This document shows, piece by piece, positions 1 to 13,675 of a stretch of DNA of 64,000 bases (position 1 is the stretch's first letter; each line of letters begins with the position of its first letter). The notes below the pieces were generated by a model. That model saw nothing but the letters and a program-made list of their open reading frames with translations, did no database searches and was not told the DNA's origin. The stretch comes from Octopus sinensis. Taxonomy: Eukaryota. The stretch covers positions 65,844,001 to 65,908,000 of the forward strand of contig NC_043003.1 in NCBI RefSeq assembly GCF_006345805.1, read 5' to 3'. The position numbers and the translations under genes are program-made.

Positions 1-329
1 CTCGGAGTTTCACGTTCCCGTTCAGTTATATATATGTATATATATATCTATATATATATATATATAATATATATATATATATATTTATGCGTGTGTTCTT
101 GTGACAGTATTTACCCCCCAAATGTCGCTTGACTACCGATGTTGGTGTGTTTAGGTCCCCCTAACGCCAGTGGTCCAGCAAAAGAGACTCATAAGATAAG
201 TACTAGGCTTACAAAGAATAATTCCTAGGATCGATTTCTTCGTCTAAAAAGCCCTATAAGGCGATGCTCCAGAATGGTCGCAGGCAAACAAATGAAATTA
301 CTGAAACGCACACACAGAACCCTCCCCCC

Positions 330-376
<47 letters not shown>

Positions 377-421
377 GAGAGAGAGGTGGAAAAGCAAAAT
401 GCAATTCCGAAGATTCAAATC

Positions 422-461
422 CACTACAATTGTTTCGACGCATTCTGCACCGCTTCAGGTG
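422..461 (-). ncRNA. Degenerate minimal type I hammerhead-like motif
   Basis: The reverse complement is CAC-CTGAAGC-GGTGCA-GAA-TGCGTC-GAAA-C-AATT-GTA-GTG. Stems I, II and III can all form, but core A9 is changed to C. Confidence 0.5.
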
Positions 462-1099
462 ACGTTTTAGACAAGTATCTCAGTATTTTTCTGCACCGTT
501 TCATGTTTGCATTATGCACTTGTGATGTAAGACGATTGAACGGTCAGCGTCTCATCTAGAAGCTACAAGTTTAGAGTGTGTCGCAACAACTGTAGTGATT
601 TGGAATAATGAGTCACGTGTGTTCTATTTTCTCTTTCTGATTTAATTTTTCTATAAAGTCTACGGACTCCAAAGAATTACTAATGTAAATCCGGTACACA
701 TCTTATACAGTTTCTGTTTACCATTTAAATGTTTGTTGAGTTTGCAAAATGCTGAGGTGAAAATTACAAAATAACGTAGGTAGTTATACGTAGTATCAAA
801 CCGACAAAGGCAAATTCAGTAGTGGCAACGGTCACATAATTTTACAGACGAATCTAGTCTACCCCACTGATCTAGAATAATTTATGAGGTGGTTATCTCT
901 CCTGTCCGTATAAGAAAATATGCTTCCTTGCAGCAGTTCTAAGGGTTTTAACTATGATTTCTAGCAAAATAGGTGCTACACAGCACCCTAAGTCACAATT
1001 AGTGAGAATTTTATAGTGCCTTAAATCACTCCAATACGCTACGACACATGAACCTTTTGAACTTTCCTGAACTTATTTTGTTGTTTGTGTTTTTTCTAT

Positions 1100-1310
1100 T
1101 TTTTTTTTCATTTTTTTCTTACTCTGTTTCTTTTCTGAAAGCTTTCTTTTTTTCATTCTCTCACTGATTTATTTTCTCGTGTTCCTTTCTCTTGAAGAGC
1201 GCAGGCTCGAAACGTAAAAGATCTTCTCACCTTCCCGAGCGTTAAATTAATACACCTGTTTGTTGTTTACATATCTGTCTTCGTCTTCTTTTGTAAATTA
1301 CAACTATATA
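1100..1310 (+). mobile_element. Hammerhead-motif repeat, family GAAGAGCGTAGGCTCGAAACGTA
   Basis: CTTT-CTCTTGA-A-GAGC-GCAG-GCTC-GAAA-CGTA-AAAG at 1185-1220, then a shared tail (TAATACAC.TGTTTGTTGTT) ending in (TA)n. Homologous to 51180-51330 and 59500-59620. Confidence 0.65.
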
Positions 1311-1317
1311 TATATAT

Positions 1318-1840
1318 AAATTTATCTAGCTTCTGTGTTCCTAGCACATATTTCGCCTTAATGTACTGATATATGAAAAATATATGGCTTGTGCTAGAAA
1401 TACCAGCTAAAATAATTATTTTTATTTTATCGCAATTTGATTTGTTTACATATTTCTCGATAAATTTTGAGCGCTAGACGATATACCAGAAATCCCTAGT
1501 TTTGTCGGGACGTTCGGAGTCTGCGCAGTGATCTGATTAGTTAGAGAGAGTAAATCATTAGAAGCACATGCTTCTAGTGAGTTAGGATCTCAGAACAACA
1601 GGGCTCTTACCGATGAATTCTCCCTGAGCAAATAAATTATCTTTATTGCTGAAAAGAAAGAAACTGCAGTCTAAGAGTAACCGAGTTAGTAAATGTTTTT
1701 ATCTTCATTTCACTAAATTTATCTAGCTTCTGTGTTCCTAGCACATATTTCGCCTTAATGTACTGATATATGAAAAATATATGGCTTGTGCTAGAAATAC
1801 CAGCTAAAATAATTATTTTTATTTTATCGCAATTTGATTT

Positions 1841-1845
<5 letters not shown>
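1318..1845 (+). repeat. Identical ~131-bp direct repeats (1318-1448 and 1715-1845) flanking 266 bp of unique sequence
   Basis: AAATTTATCTAGCTTCTGTGTTCC...GATTTGTTTA occurs twice at offset 397. Confidence 0.9.
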
Positions 1846-2185
<340 letters not shown>

Positions 2186-2329
2186 CACAGATACATACAT
2201 ATATGTGTGTGAGTGTAAAAGTTTGTTCTATTAAATTCCCAGCTGTGTTATTTTATTTTATAATTTTCCTATAGTGATATTAGTTTTTATTCACTTAATT
2301 TGGAATAAAAATATTACTAAAATCATATT

Positions 2330-3150
2330 CTTTTCTTTCAGACATTCAACATAATTGCTTTCAACATTTGTCGCTTGTGCTCTTTCTTATATTCTGTTTG
2401 AATTCCTGTAGATTTTCCCGTCAGTATTGATTATTCTTTCTTTCTTTACCTTTTAGGCGCATCCTTTAACATTTCCGTTTTAATTTGTTGCGGTGAAATT
2501 CTTCGCAGTTGGTGTGTCGTGCCAAAAAGCATATGTTGCGTTTGCGACGCGGATATTGATTGCGTGTTTATTTTGGTATTTTATTGCGATATGAGTATGG
2601 CTTCCGTGATTAATCTCCTATTTGTGTGATGATTTTTGCTAATTACGTAAGTATTCTCTTTCAGTATTTTCTACTTAATTTCATTTTGTGGAGTGTGGTA
2701 GAGTGTTTCACAATAAATCCTTATTGCAAATACACGGTGTGTCTGCAAGTGATTGCTGTTCTAGTAAGTCCAACGTCACAGCTAAACAAATTTTTAGGTT
2801 ACATTGGTCATTCGTGGCTTGTTCACAGGGTTACACGCTTGTGTTATTGGTAAAGCTGCATTCTGTTTTCGCATGTTTGTATTATATTGTTAGTTTAAGC
2901 TAATGATGACATGTGATGTATTTTGCGTTCGATTTTACGATGGTTTCCATTACGTATTCGTCTGATTCATAGTTCTTATGCATTTGATTCATATAAATTT
3001 TAGGTGCGGCTCGTATTAAGTGTATTCGGAGATGTATTTGATTTATCATGTTTTTGTCTATATGCTTCTATCGCTTAATCTACTCACCTGTTAGTATATC
3101 CAGTGTTAACGCTTGTTGGGTTCGATATTTTCCTTGCTCTGATGAATTGT
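2330..3150 (-). mobile_element. Decayed Penelope-like element ORF (post-RT region plus GIY-YIG endonuclease)
   Basis: Manual minus-strand translation across stops and frameshifts gives PKIYMNQMHKNYESDEYVMETIVKS, LKLTI*YK, TNVT*KF, VGLTRTAITCRHTVYLQ and RRLITEAILISQ. This matches the Penelope linker and GIY-YIG pattern (YxNQM..YK.DE, NVVYxF, YIGxT, RL.IxEAILI). Confidence 0.72.
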
Positions 3151-3419
3151 TTATCGATGTGAATATAGCATAAATGACTTACAAAGGACATCTGTTCTGT
3201 GGACATTCACTGTATCTATGTAGGTAAATACATTTCTTTGATTCTTCGATGAGTTCTGACGGGACCTTTTATCGTTATTTTTCCTTCTCATTTGACTGTA
3301 GCCCAGCTGGGGTGTCGGGCTGAAGAATTATTGTCAGATTAATCGATCCTAGTACTTTTTTTTCAAGCCTGGTATTTAATCTATCGGTCTTTTGTGGAAG
3401 TGCAAAGTAACATTTATTT

Positions 3420-3800
3420 GTTTATCCGTCGTTATCGACGATGCCTAAGAAGATCACATGGGGGAAAGAGACGGAACAGAGTGTGTCCGACAGTGGCCAA
3501 CCAGTTCGATGTGTGCATAGAAGGCTGTGCCGTAGATCGGGTTTTAGAGATCTGTTGGCTCTGAAGACACGCAGATAGCTCTGGACTCGCATAGTGCGAG
3601 TTTTCTTTGTGCTCGGGCATTGCTGTTCTGTTCGTATGAGGTGGTACTTCGGTTGGTGTAGCTTCACCAGGCTGTGCAGTCCTCTGCTTGCGCTTCCCAA
3701 GAGTGCTTTCGGAGCCGTAAACACACCAACAACGGTTGAAGACAAACACAGAAACAAAAACCGTGCGCGCACGTGTGTTCGAGGGGCTTCTTACAGTTTT
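3420..3800 (-). mobile_element. Possible decayed 3' end of an RTE-clade LINE ORF2
   Basis: GC-richer island. Minus-strand frames give HSLVK, NRTAMPEHK, ASPELS and LRVFRANRSL..THRT, resembling the RTE C-terminus (W.SLV..G...E.R, C.RxFRAxIGLxSHxRTH). Similarity is weak and split across frames. Confidence 0.4.
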
Positions 3801-3992
3801 CGTCTTTCAAATCTACTATCAAGAACGTATCTGTTTCTTCAGTTACACATATTTGTATTTTAAAAAATAGGATCACATTTGTATTATTTTGAAACGAAAA
3901 GAAATTGAAACATATCTAAAATAACAAAGATAAAACTTGAACGAAGTGGTGGCTTTAATAAAACGTGAATAAAAGAAAAATTGCTTCACGTT

Positions 3993-4485
<493 letters not shown>

Positions 4486-5839
4486 AAGTTACACACAAGT
4501 ATATACGTTTATATATTGTTCGAATATATTTGAGATAACAAGGGCCTGTTTTTGTTTTTTGGTTATATTTCTTTGTTTTATATATTCTATTTTTGTTATT
4601 TCCATGCTTGCTAGTACGCCGGGGTAAAATGTTTTCCGGCATTTCTTCCGTCTTTACGTTCTAAGTTCAAAGCCCGCGGAAGTTAACGTTGCCTATCATC
4701 CTTCCCTTTCATCCTTTCACCCACTCGAATACGGGGTCGATATAATCGACAACCCTTCCCTCAGAAACTGCTGCCTCTGTGCTACAATTTGAAACCAATA
4801 TCGTAATAATATATTCAAGTCTATATATAGTTATTGTTACATAGATTCAATGCTTGATATTTTGGGCTTAAGAAACGTTAGAGTACACTTTGGAATAAAC
4901 AAATCTTTCCCGAAGAATATGGAATAACTTTGTACGTTTTAAATTACTTCTAACCGTCAAACTGTAGATGCAACAACACGTATTTCTTTCTTATATAGGA
5001 GTATATAACATTTTTATTCGAAAGACCAGCCGTCGATTACATTGGCCTCATTAAATAAGCGTGCAATATTTTACCGACCGCATTATGATTTGAGCACATA
5101 ACAATAATTTGACCAGATACAGTAAAGCATGTAATTTATTTCAATATGGTGTTGGCTAGAATAACACCTTCTCTAAAAATAACAATTTTAGAAATATTTT
5201 GTAATGTTTCCAAGAAAAGTTTTGTATGTCTTCAATGATGCTGTTATCAAGTAACACATATCAATAGATTTCTATTTTTGTGTGTGATATTTATGAATTT
5301 TAATATCATTCGTTGTACTAATGTCAGTAGCATTCGCCATAATCTGAAATAGGTACTAAAATGAACACTTTTGGCAAAAACCGAACTGAATGAAGTGAAG
5401 AAGTTAAGAAAAAAAGTTTATCCATTTTCGAAACTTATTACATAAAGTCTTCCGAAGAGAAAAGAAGACATCACGCATCGTAATTAGTTTCGCTACCAAA
5501 TAAAATAGAAAGAAACTAAATGGAATCTATAAAATAAAAATGGATAAATAACGATTATTAACCACAGAAAGACTTCCCATTTCGTCCAGAAATACGAATT
5601 CTTAGAAGGTCTGTCTGAGAAAAAAAAAAGCCAAATGATTTTTCCTTCATAAATGAGGAGCTACAATACGGCAATCCCGCACACGGTAAACTGTACGTAG
5701 GAACAAAAATAGATAGCATAAAATATTTGAATATGTAGATCAGAAAGAAAAGCAAGAAAAATATGTTATCAAAGAATGTACAACGTTTTCTCTTTTGAAC
5801 ACCTGTAAAAAAATTTTCAGCCTCCTTGTCTTACGGGAA

Positions 5840-6290
5840 ATTTTCACACACACACAAACACACACACACACGCATGCGCGCGCACACGCAGAAACATACA
5901 TATAGACACTCAAAAACGTACATGCACACACACACACACACACAAACACATACACATGCAAAAATACACATACACACATGCACATACACGCACAAATACA
6001 CATACGCACTCAATCACATACATGCACACACACACAGACGCAAAAATACTCATACACACTCAAACAGATGCACTCACAGACACATATGCGCAAAGAAACA
6101 CATACACACTCAAACACACATATGCACACATACATGCGCAAACACACACACAAACACACACCGCACACACGCACCGACAGAGGCATAAACACCCACATAT
6201 GTACAGTGAGAGCTGTTGCACACAAACACACACAGATGCACGCACACACACGCATATACATATACAGTGCTGGTAAATATATATATACAA
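5840..6290. repeat. Cryptic (CA)n-rich low-complexity tract
   Basis: Directly visible; it accounts for several spurious HT/CV-rich ORFs. Confidence 0.9.
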
Positions 6291-6482
6291 ACCCTACAGA
6301 AATTAGGTATCGAATTCAGGTTAATATACCCATTTGTTGAATGCGTGTACTGACGGGCAGCTATGAGAAATTCACATTTCCTTGCGAAAGTGGTTTTGAT
6401 GCTCATCTAACTACGCGTACTAATCGACTGCTAAAATCGTATATATGGCATTTTAGCGCAAGAAAATTGTGTTCGCATGATA

Positions 6483-6513
<31 letters not shown>

Positions 6514-7096
6514 CGAGGGTGAGTCAAAAAATGATGCCATTTTATTTAGGACAGGTATAATATCCAGTACAGGAATATATATCATACATCAAAATGAAGC
6601 TGGTCCTCTGTCGATCACATCACTACTTCTCAACATAGTCACCGTTTCTCTCAATAGCAATGTTCCACGTTCGAATGAGAGCATGTATCCCTGCCCCGTA
6701 ACATTCTATTAAATGTTCTTTGAGCCACTTCTTCACTACAGTTTTTACTTCCTCGTCACGGGAATAATGTTTGCTTCTCAAACCTTCTTTCATGGGACCG
6801 AAGAGATGATAGTCCAGTGACGATGATAGTCCAGTGACGATGATAGTCCAGTGACGAGGAAGTGAAAATTGTGGTGAAGAAGTGACTCAAAGGACAGTCC
6901 ACAGAATTTTACGGGGCAGGGATACATGCTCTCATCCGAAGGCGGAACATTGCTATCGAGAGAAACGATGACTATGTTGAGAAGTAGGGATGTGATCCGC
7001 AGCGGACCAGCTTCATTTTGATGCATGATACAAGTTCCTGTGTTGGTAATTATACATGTCCTAAACAAAATGGTATTACTTTGTGACTCACCCTTG
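6514..7096. mobile_element. Mariner-derived fold-back non-autonomous element made of two inverted 3' ends
   Basis: TIRs (TA)CGAGGGTGAGTCAAAAA and TTTGTGACTCACCCTTG(TA), with TA on both sides inside a (CATA)n tract. Each arm encodes the mariner transposase C-terminus: left arm (minus) GPMKEGLRSKHYSRDEEVKTVVKKWLKE..GIHALIRTWNIAIERNGDYVEK*, right arm (plus) SSDEEVKIVVKK..GIHALIRRRNIAIERNDDYVEK*. Confidence 0.9.
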
Positions 7097-7099
7097 TAC

Positions 7100-7130
<31 letters not shown>

Positions 7131-7674
7131 CATACATACATACATACATACATACATACATAGATACATACATGCATACATACATACATATGTATATATA
7201 CTTGCATTTATATATAAAGAGATAGATGAAGTTATACACACACTCATAACTTTGTTGTTTATTCTGAACTTCCTGTATTTATATAGGAAAAGGAATGGAA
7301 AAAGAGGTCTGGAAAATATCTTTATAACATATGGGTTGAGAGAAACGGACGGTGCAGAAAGTTATCCTGGTTTGATACAGGGATATTACAACTGTTTAGT
7401 GTACAATCAAGCATGCATGTAAAGGAACAAAACAAGATGTGGCATATATCATAATTTCTAAAAATTTTCCTGGGATTAAGTGTGATTCCTGTCATATAAC
7501 CACGGTCTGGTGCAAGGTTACTCTTCACAAAATCCCTTTATTCATAAAACAGGTTTAACATATAACAGAGCAAAGACCACATAATGGTCGAGTATATGTT
7601 GGTATTAGGAGATTTATTTAAAGCAATTCTATACTAGATCTTTTCAAAAGACTTAAAATGAAAGATTATGTGAA

Positions 7675-8058
7675 TATTCTTTTCTACTCTAAGCACAAAG
7701 CTCAAAATTTTTGGAGAGGGGGTCAATCGATTAGATCGACTCCAGTATACAACTGGTACTTAATTTATAAAACCCGAAAGGATGAAAGGTAAAGTCAAAC
7801 TCGGTGGAATTTGAATTCAGAACGTAAAGATGAAATACCTATTTAGAAATACCTATTTCCACAGAGAGGACAAACAAGGACAGACAGACATATTAAGTCG
7901 ATTACATCGAATCCAGTGCGTAACTGGTACTTAATTTATCGAGAGGATGAAAGGCAAAGTTGACCTCGGCGGAATTTGAACTCAGAACGAAGCAGCATAC
8001 GAAAAACCGCTAATCATTTCGCCTGGCGTGCTAACGTTTCTGCCAGCTCGACGCCTTA
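7675..8058 (-). mobile_element. Dimeric tRNA-derived SINE family 1 (Deu/Nin-like central domain)
   Basis: Head GGCG.CGAGCTGGCAGAA.CGTTAGC, box B GAGTTCAAATTCC and domain GCCGAGGTC.ACTTTGCCTTTCATCCT..GATAAATTAAGTACCAG, the last present twice. Confidence 0.8.
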
Positions 8059-9041
8059 GATTATGTAAATATTAGCTCTCTAATTGATGTCATATAAACG
8101 GAGGGAAGAACAGGCATATAAATGGTTATATATCATGATGAAGCGAATAACTGCAACTAATATCCCATTCATTTAATTCAGACTACCAGCACAAACTTTC
8201 TTCGCCTTTCACATTTTCAAACTAAGCGACACCGTATTTTCATCGACATTACTCCACCTAGCAAAGGATCATCCTGCTAAAAGTTATATGAAAGTAGAAT
8301 GACCAATATACACTACACTTTTTCATAAAGATTCCTCATAACTTTCCCAATACAGATACACAGACTTCCCCTTCTTATTGTCATTGAGCTATCTGTCTGT
8401 CTGTCTGTCCGCCTGTCTCTCTATATATATACAGAGAGAAAAGACATAGATAGATGGATAAACAGATTGACAAACAATGCAAACATTACATCAATTTAAA
8501 ATGTTTGCATTGCTCAATTAAATGGAGTCGCATGAAACGGTCGTACTGCATTACCTCTGGATATCCTTGATATTTATTATGATTATAATCACCCCATTTT
8601 GAATTATATTGATAATACCATACTAAATTCTGGTACCTTCAACTTCAGTACCATATTCCTCTGAATCTACTTTTTACTGAACTTATATATATATATATAT
8701 ATATATCGTTAGATGGGAGCCTTTTTCTTTTTTTGAAACATCGTTTTTTAATTACAAATAAATAATAATATGATAAATGTTCTTCATTTAAACACCACCT
8801 GTACCCAAAGACGTATTTCGAGATATGGCCGATTCAAAAGCTCACGAATAACTGGCAGAAGTAGGATTACGTTATTTTAGCTGATAAAAACCACTGGTAA
8901 CAATGATTCTGTTGACAAGAAATGACAACAAAATGAACAGCGTTAATAATAATCGAATGAATAGCGAAGGGCATAAATATAGTTCCAAACACTTTATTTC
9001 TTATAGGCATATTACTTTTACATGACTCAGAGCGAAAATTG

Positions 9042-9077
<36 letters not shown>

Positions 9078-9789
9078 ATATATATACACTATGTATGTAT
9101 ATGTATGGTTATATATGTGTATATATATATTTGTACGTGTGTATATGTATATGTGCATATATGTGTATATGCATGTATATATTATAACATATCTGAGATG
9201 TGTGTATGAATGTATGAGTGTGTTTTATTAGACAGTATAACGTTCAACTTAAATAGTGTTTACTAATTATATTTTATAATTTGTTCCCCGTCTTTCGACG
9301 TAAACATTGAAACAAGACAAAATAGAAATTAAATTTCATGTTTGATGTCCAACATGATTTCTTCTTTTTTTTTCCGCAGACACTAATGAAAACGTCTTTT
9401 GCTAAGTTATAACGGAAGGAAAGAAATCATACATTTGTTAACGACGCAAAATATTTCTATATATGCGTCTGTACTAAGTGTCTGCTTGTACTGAGTCTGC
9501 GACCGTATGCGAGTGAATATATATTTGTGTATAGCTACATATATGTGTATCTGTTTGTAAATGTGTGTATGTAATTTTCCTTCGTGCAGACTATGCAGAA
9601 GGCTGTGTATTGCTGCGAAGGCTACTGGATGAGGAACGAGATTTTCTACTTGAGACAATTAACAAAATCCTAGTCCCATTAACTGCGATTTTCGGCTGAA
9701 TCATTCAGCCAGAGAAATAACAGACTCCAAGGTTATATCCTTTTGATACACTACAGGAAAACATATGTCAGGAGTCTTGTTTCATTTCA

Positions 9790-10110
<321 letters not shown>

Positions 10111-10413
10111 TATGGTTTACCGAAAATAGTTCTAAGGAAGGAAAAGACACGTTTCTGAAGGAGTTCTGTGAAACAAAATAGAGAAAAGATATGGATTTGT
10201 ACCATGGTTTGGTTACCAAACCACTACCACGTTATTCATTTGAATAATTCTCCTGTTTCACAGATTTCAATTACATTTTTCATAGAAAAAATAATATTCC
10301 AACTACAAAAGCTGTGCTTTCAAAACAACAGCGATAACGGAGAAACTTTTTTTGATTACATTTATGATGAAGATGTTGGTAATGAGAATGAAGGAGAATA
10401 TGACTGTTTAAGG

Positions 10414-11035
10414 TTAGGGCCAACGAAAATCTCTATTGACCATACGATAAAACTTCTCGTTAAATGGTCGGTAAAAATCTCTGAGGCGTTTAAGTATTGT
10501 TATATCAACAGTTGGATGCGGTCTCCCTTTCGTTTTCCCTAAGCAATGAGGGTGTCCGCTTCCTTCCGATTTCTTCAAACATGGGAATCCTTTCGTTTCA
10601 TTAAAATAGAAATGCTTCTCCGAAATTATCCTTTTCAAGCCAAGAAAATCTTGCACCCGCCCAAGTTCTCGAGCCGGGTCTGATATCAATTGCTCTCCAC
10701 TGACGAAATGTATTTGTGACAATGGAAAATAATTGAGCCATCGTTCTAGGTATTTCGCATAAACACCAATGCGTATAATATTTCTACTCGTATCAACAAT
10801 ACGTGTCGATAGATTGAGAAACGCTAAATCTTCAAAGCGATGCATTTTGGTAATTCCTTTAGAGGCCAACTGGGTATAGTCAGAAATAGCACGAGTTACT
10901 GGATCACGTACAATTATCAGGATTTTCATATCTTTAGACATGTTATATATCCTTCTTGGAACATCTTTGGTAATAAAATAACTTGGAGTTTTCTCGATTG
11001 TCATTTGTCCTTCGATAGTCGCGGGCATTTTCTTC
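10414..11035 (-). CDS. HS3ST: Terminal coding exon of a heparan sulfate glucosamine 3-O-sulfotransferase (HS3ST2/3/4/6- or Hs3st-B-like)
   Basis: The ORF has the family motifs [20 protein letters not shown] (3'-phosphate-binding region), FPCL...[12 protein letters not shown] and a C-terminal FRWP. A splice acceptor ttttacaatttcag|G AAG AAA ATG lies at 11036/11035. This phase-2 junction matches the conserved intron after the WYR motif in HS3ST genes, so the ORF-track ATG at 11028 is an internal Met. Confidence 0.95.
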
Positions 11036-11326
11036 CTGAAATTGTAAAAGTAAAATGCAAAGCATTATACACACATATTATATACTGTCACATAAATACA
11101 TTAAATAATTCTTTTCAACCATTACACATCATTGCCATTCTTTTCAACCAATTATTACATTCCACAGTACCACAGTTGAATAGAATATATATACCTATGT
11201 ATACACACAAAAACACACATACTCACACGCACACAAACATATATATCTATTGATGTGTCCGGGAAGAGACATGTGCTCGCGCGCGCGCGTATGAGTTCCA
11301 CAGCTGAATAAAAGTATATATATATA

Positions 11327-11583
11327 TTGTTGTATCTGGGGAGAATCATTCTCTTTTAGGACCTCATTATTTAACACCTTCATCGGTGTTCAAGGACTAT
11401 TGAAAATGTTGCAAGACGCAACTAAAATTTTTTGGGAAATAAATGAGTGAATGAGTGGAAACTAAACCGGTGTGTTAAATAATGAGGCACTAAAAGAGAA
11501 TGACTCTATCCAGACGCAACAAAATATGCTTCAACGCACGAACTCTCACAAGGAATCTTGCAAACCAAATCCAAAAGCGAAAT

Positions 11584-11585
<2 letters not shown>
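11327..11585. mobile_element. Palindromic MITE-like element, copy 1
   Basis: Inverted arms TTGTTGTATCTGGGGAGAATCATTCTCTTTTAG..TTATTTAACAC and GTGTTAAATAATGAGG..AAAAGAGAATGACTCTATCCAGACGCAACA. Homologous to 35041-35420. Confidence 0.75.
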
Positions 11586-11614
<29 letters not shown>

Positions 11615-12059
11615 TACACACACACACACTCACACACACATATATATATATATATTTCGTTTTTATATGTGGTTTGCAAGATTCCTAATCTGAATTCGAG
11701 TTTTGAAACAAATTTTTTTTTTGTGTGTGTTTGGGGAGAGTTATAAGTGCTTGAATGTAACACACCAGTTCAATTTCCTTTTATTTATTTATTTCATAAA
11801 GATTTTTCACTGATGCATTTGAGACCTTATTAATAAATTTTGACTCTGAGTCGCTAGTTTATGCAAAATTTCGAAAGTAAACTTTACGTAATGCATTAGG
11901 TATTAGAATAGAACTTCATGAGACTTGCATGAAATGTGCGCTTTCTCATTCTGCGTGCTCCAGGATTGTCTTTTGGTTTATATAGGGAGGAAGCAAAAAG
12001 CAAATAAGAGTGTGGCTAGGGGATGAATAACAAGCGTAGAGGACATGTGGGGGACGATA

Positions 12060-12225
12060 TAGATGAAGAATACGAAGAAGAGAACAAAGTAGAAGGAGAA
12101 GAAGATGAAGAAGAAGAAGTAAAGGAGAAGAAAAAGAAATAAAAGTAAAAAAAGAAAAAGAAGAAAAAGAAGGAGAAGAAGAAGAAGAAAAAGAAGTAGA
12201 AGAAGAAGAAGAAAAGAAGAAGCAT
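12060..12225. repeat. Polypurine (GAA)n-like tract
   Basis: Almost exclusively G/A on the plus strand. Confidence 0.9.
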
Positions 12226-12789
12226 CTACGTAGGACCATATATATCACAAAGGCTTTATCTGGAGTAAGTCTTTTCAAAGCGGTCGGTTAGTACAACCAT
12301 GCCACTGGTACCTAATTGGGTGGGATGGGGAGAAATGTATTTGACCACCAGACGACATTCACCAGCAACGAAAGTGACGGAAGAGAAAAATCGACTAAAC
12401 TGATAACTCTGACAATTGCTAAGGGATAAAGATAATAAGGATACTCGTGACCTGGTGATGTATGTGGTAGGGAAGTAGTGTGACAAATAGTAGGATAGCA
12501 TAAATCACCTACTGGCTAGCAGACCTATTCTGTGACCTTAGAGTTTGTAAACAGCAACGGATAAAAGATGCAAAAGTAGAAAAAATGGGAGTGCCCCAAA
12601 GAGTTGAAGCAGAAATTATGAATTTAGAGTTTAAATGAAAAGTGGTCAAGAAAATTATAAATTATGTTAGTTTGACCGAATATAAGTTAGGTGAATTGCA
12701 TGTATATATACATACATACATATGTTATCTTACCATTTTTATCATATATATATATATATATATATATATTGTCTTACCATTTTATCAAC

Positions 12790-12859
<70 letters not shown>

Positions 12860-13343
12860 GTATGTATGTATGTATAACAAAAAAGGTGAATATTCAGCAA
12901 ATGCAGAGAGACCTAATATAGAAATTATGAATAAATAAATAAATAGATAAATAGGTTCTATACATTGAAAATTAATACTTTGCTTGTGTTGCGTAAGTAA
13001 CAGCCCTATGAAGAATATTGAGGATGAAAGTGATTAAGGTAAATATATAATATACTACGTTTAGAATTAAAAAAAAAATTAAAATGGAAAAGTAGATTAT
13101 GATTAAGAGACTAGAATTAGCAAAAACAAAATATAAAAATATATATTAGTTATGGCGTAAGTTAGGAGCATATAGGTCATGAGGTTAAATTGGGATTAGG
13201 GTTGAATATGTAATGTATTACGTTCGAATATTTAAAGAAAATTAAACGTCTACATTTGTAGGTCATTGAAATAAACACTCCGTTCATTTACCTCGTCGTC
13301 GTCATCATTATCATCATCATCATCATCAGTAATGGTGGTGATG

Positions 13344-13382
<39 letters not shown>

Positions 13383-13675
13383 TAGTAGCAGCAGTAGTAG
13401 TAGTAGTAGTACAGGCATATGTATGGCAGCGAAACGGCAGAATTTTTAGGACGCCGAAAACAAAATGATTAGCGTTATTACATCCGTCCTTACATTCTGA
13501 ATTCAAAACCCTACTGCGGTCTATATTGCTTTTCATTCGATATAAAAGGGTCCAATTGAGTGTTTAGATCGATGTTATCGACCTAGCTCCTTTCCCACAA
13601 TTACAGACATGTTGCCGAAATTTGAAACCACTATTATATATTTGTGCTTATACTTATAAATACAGGTATATATAT

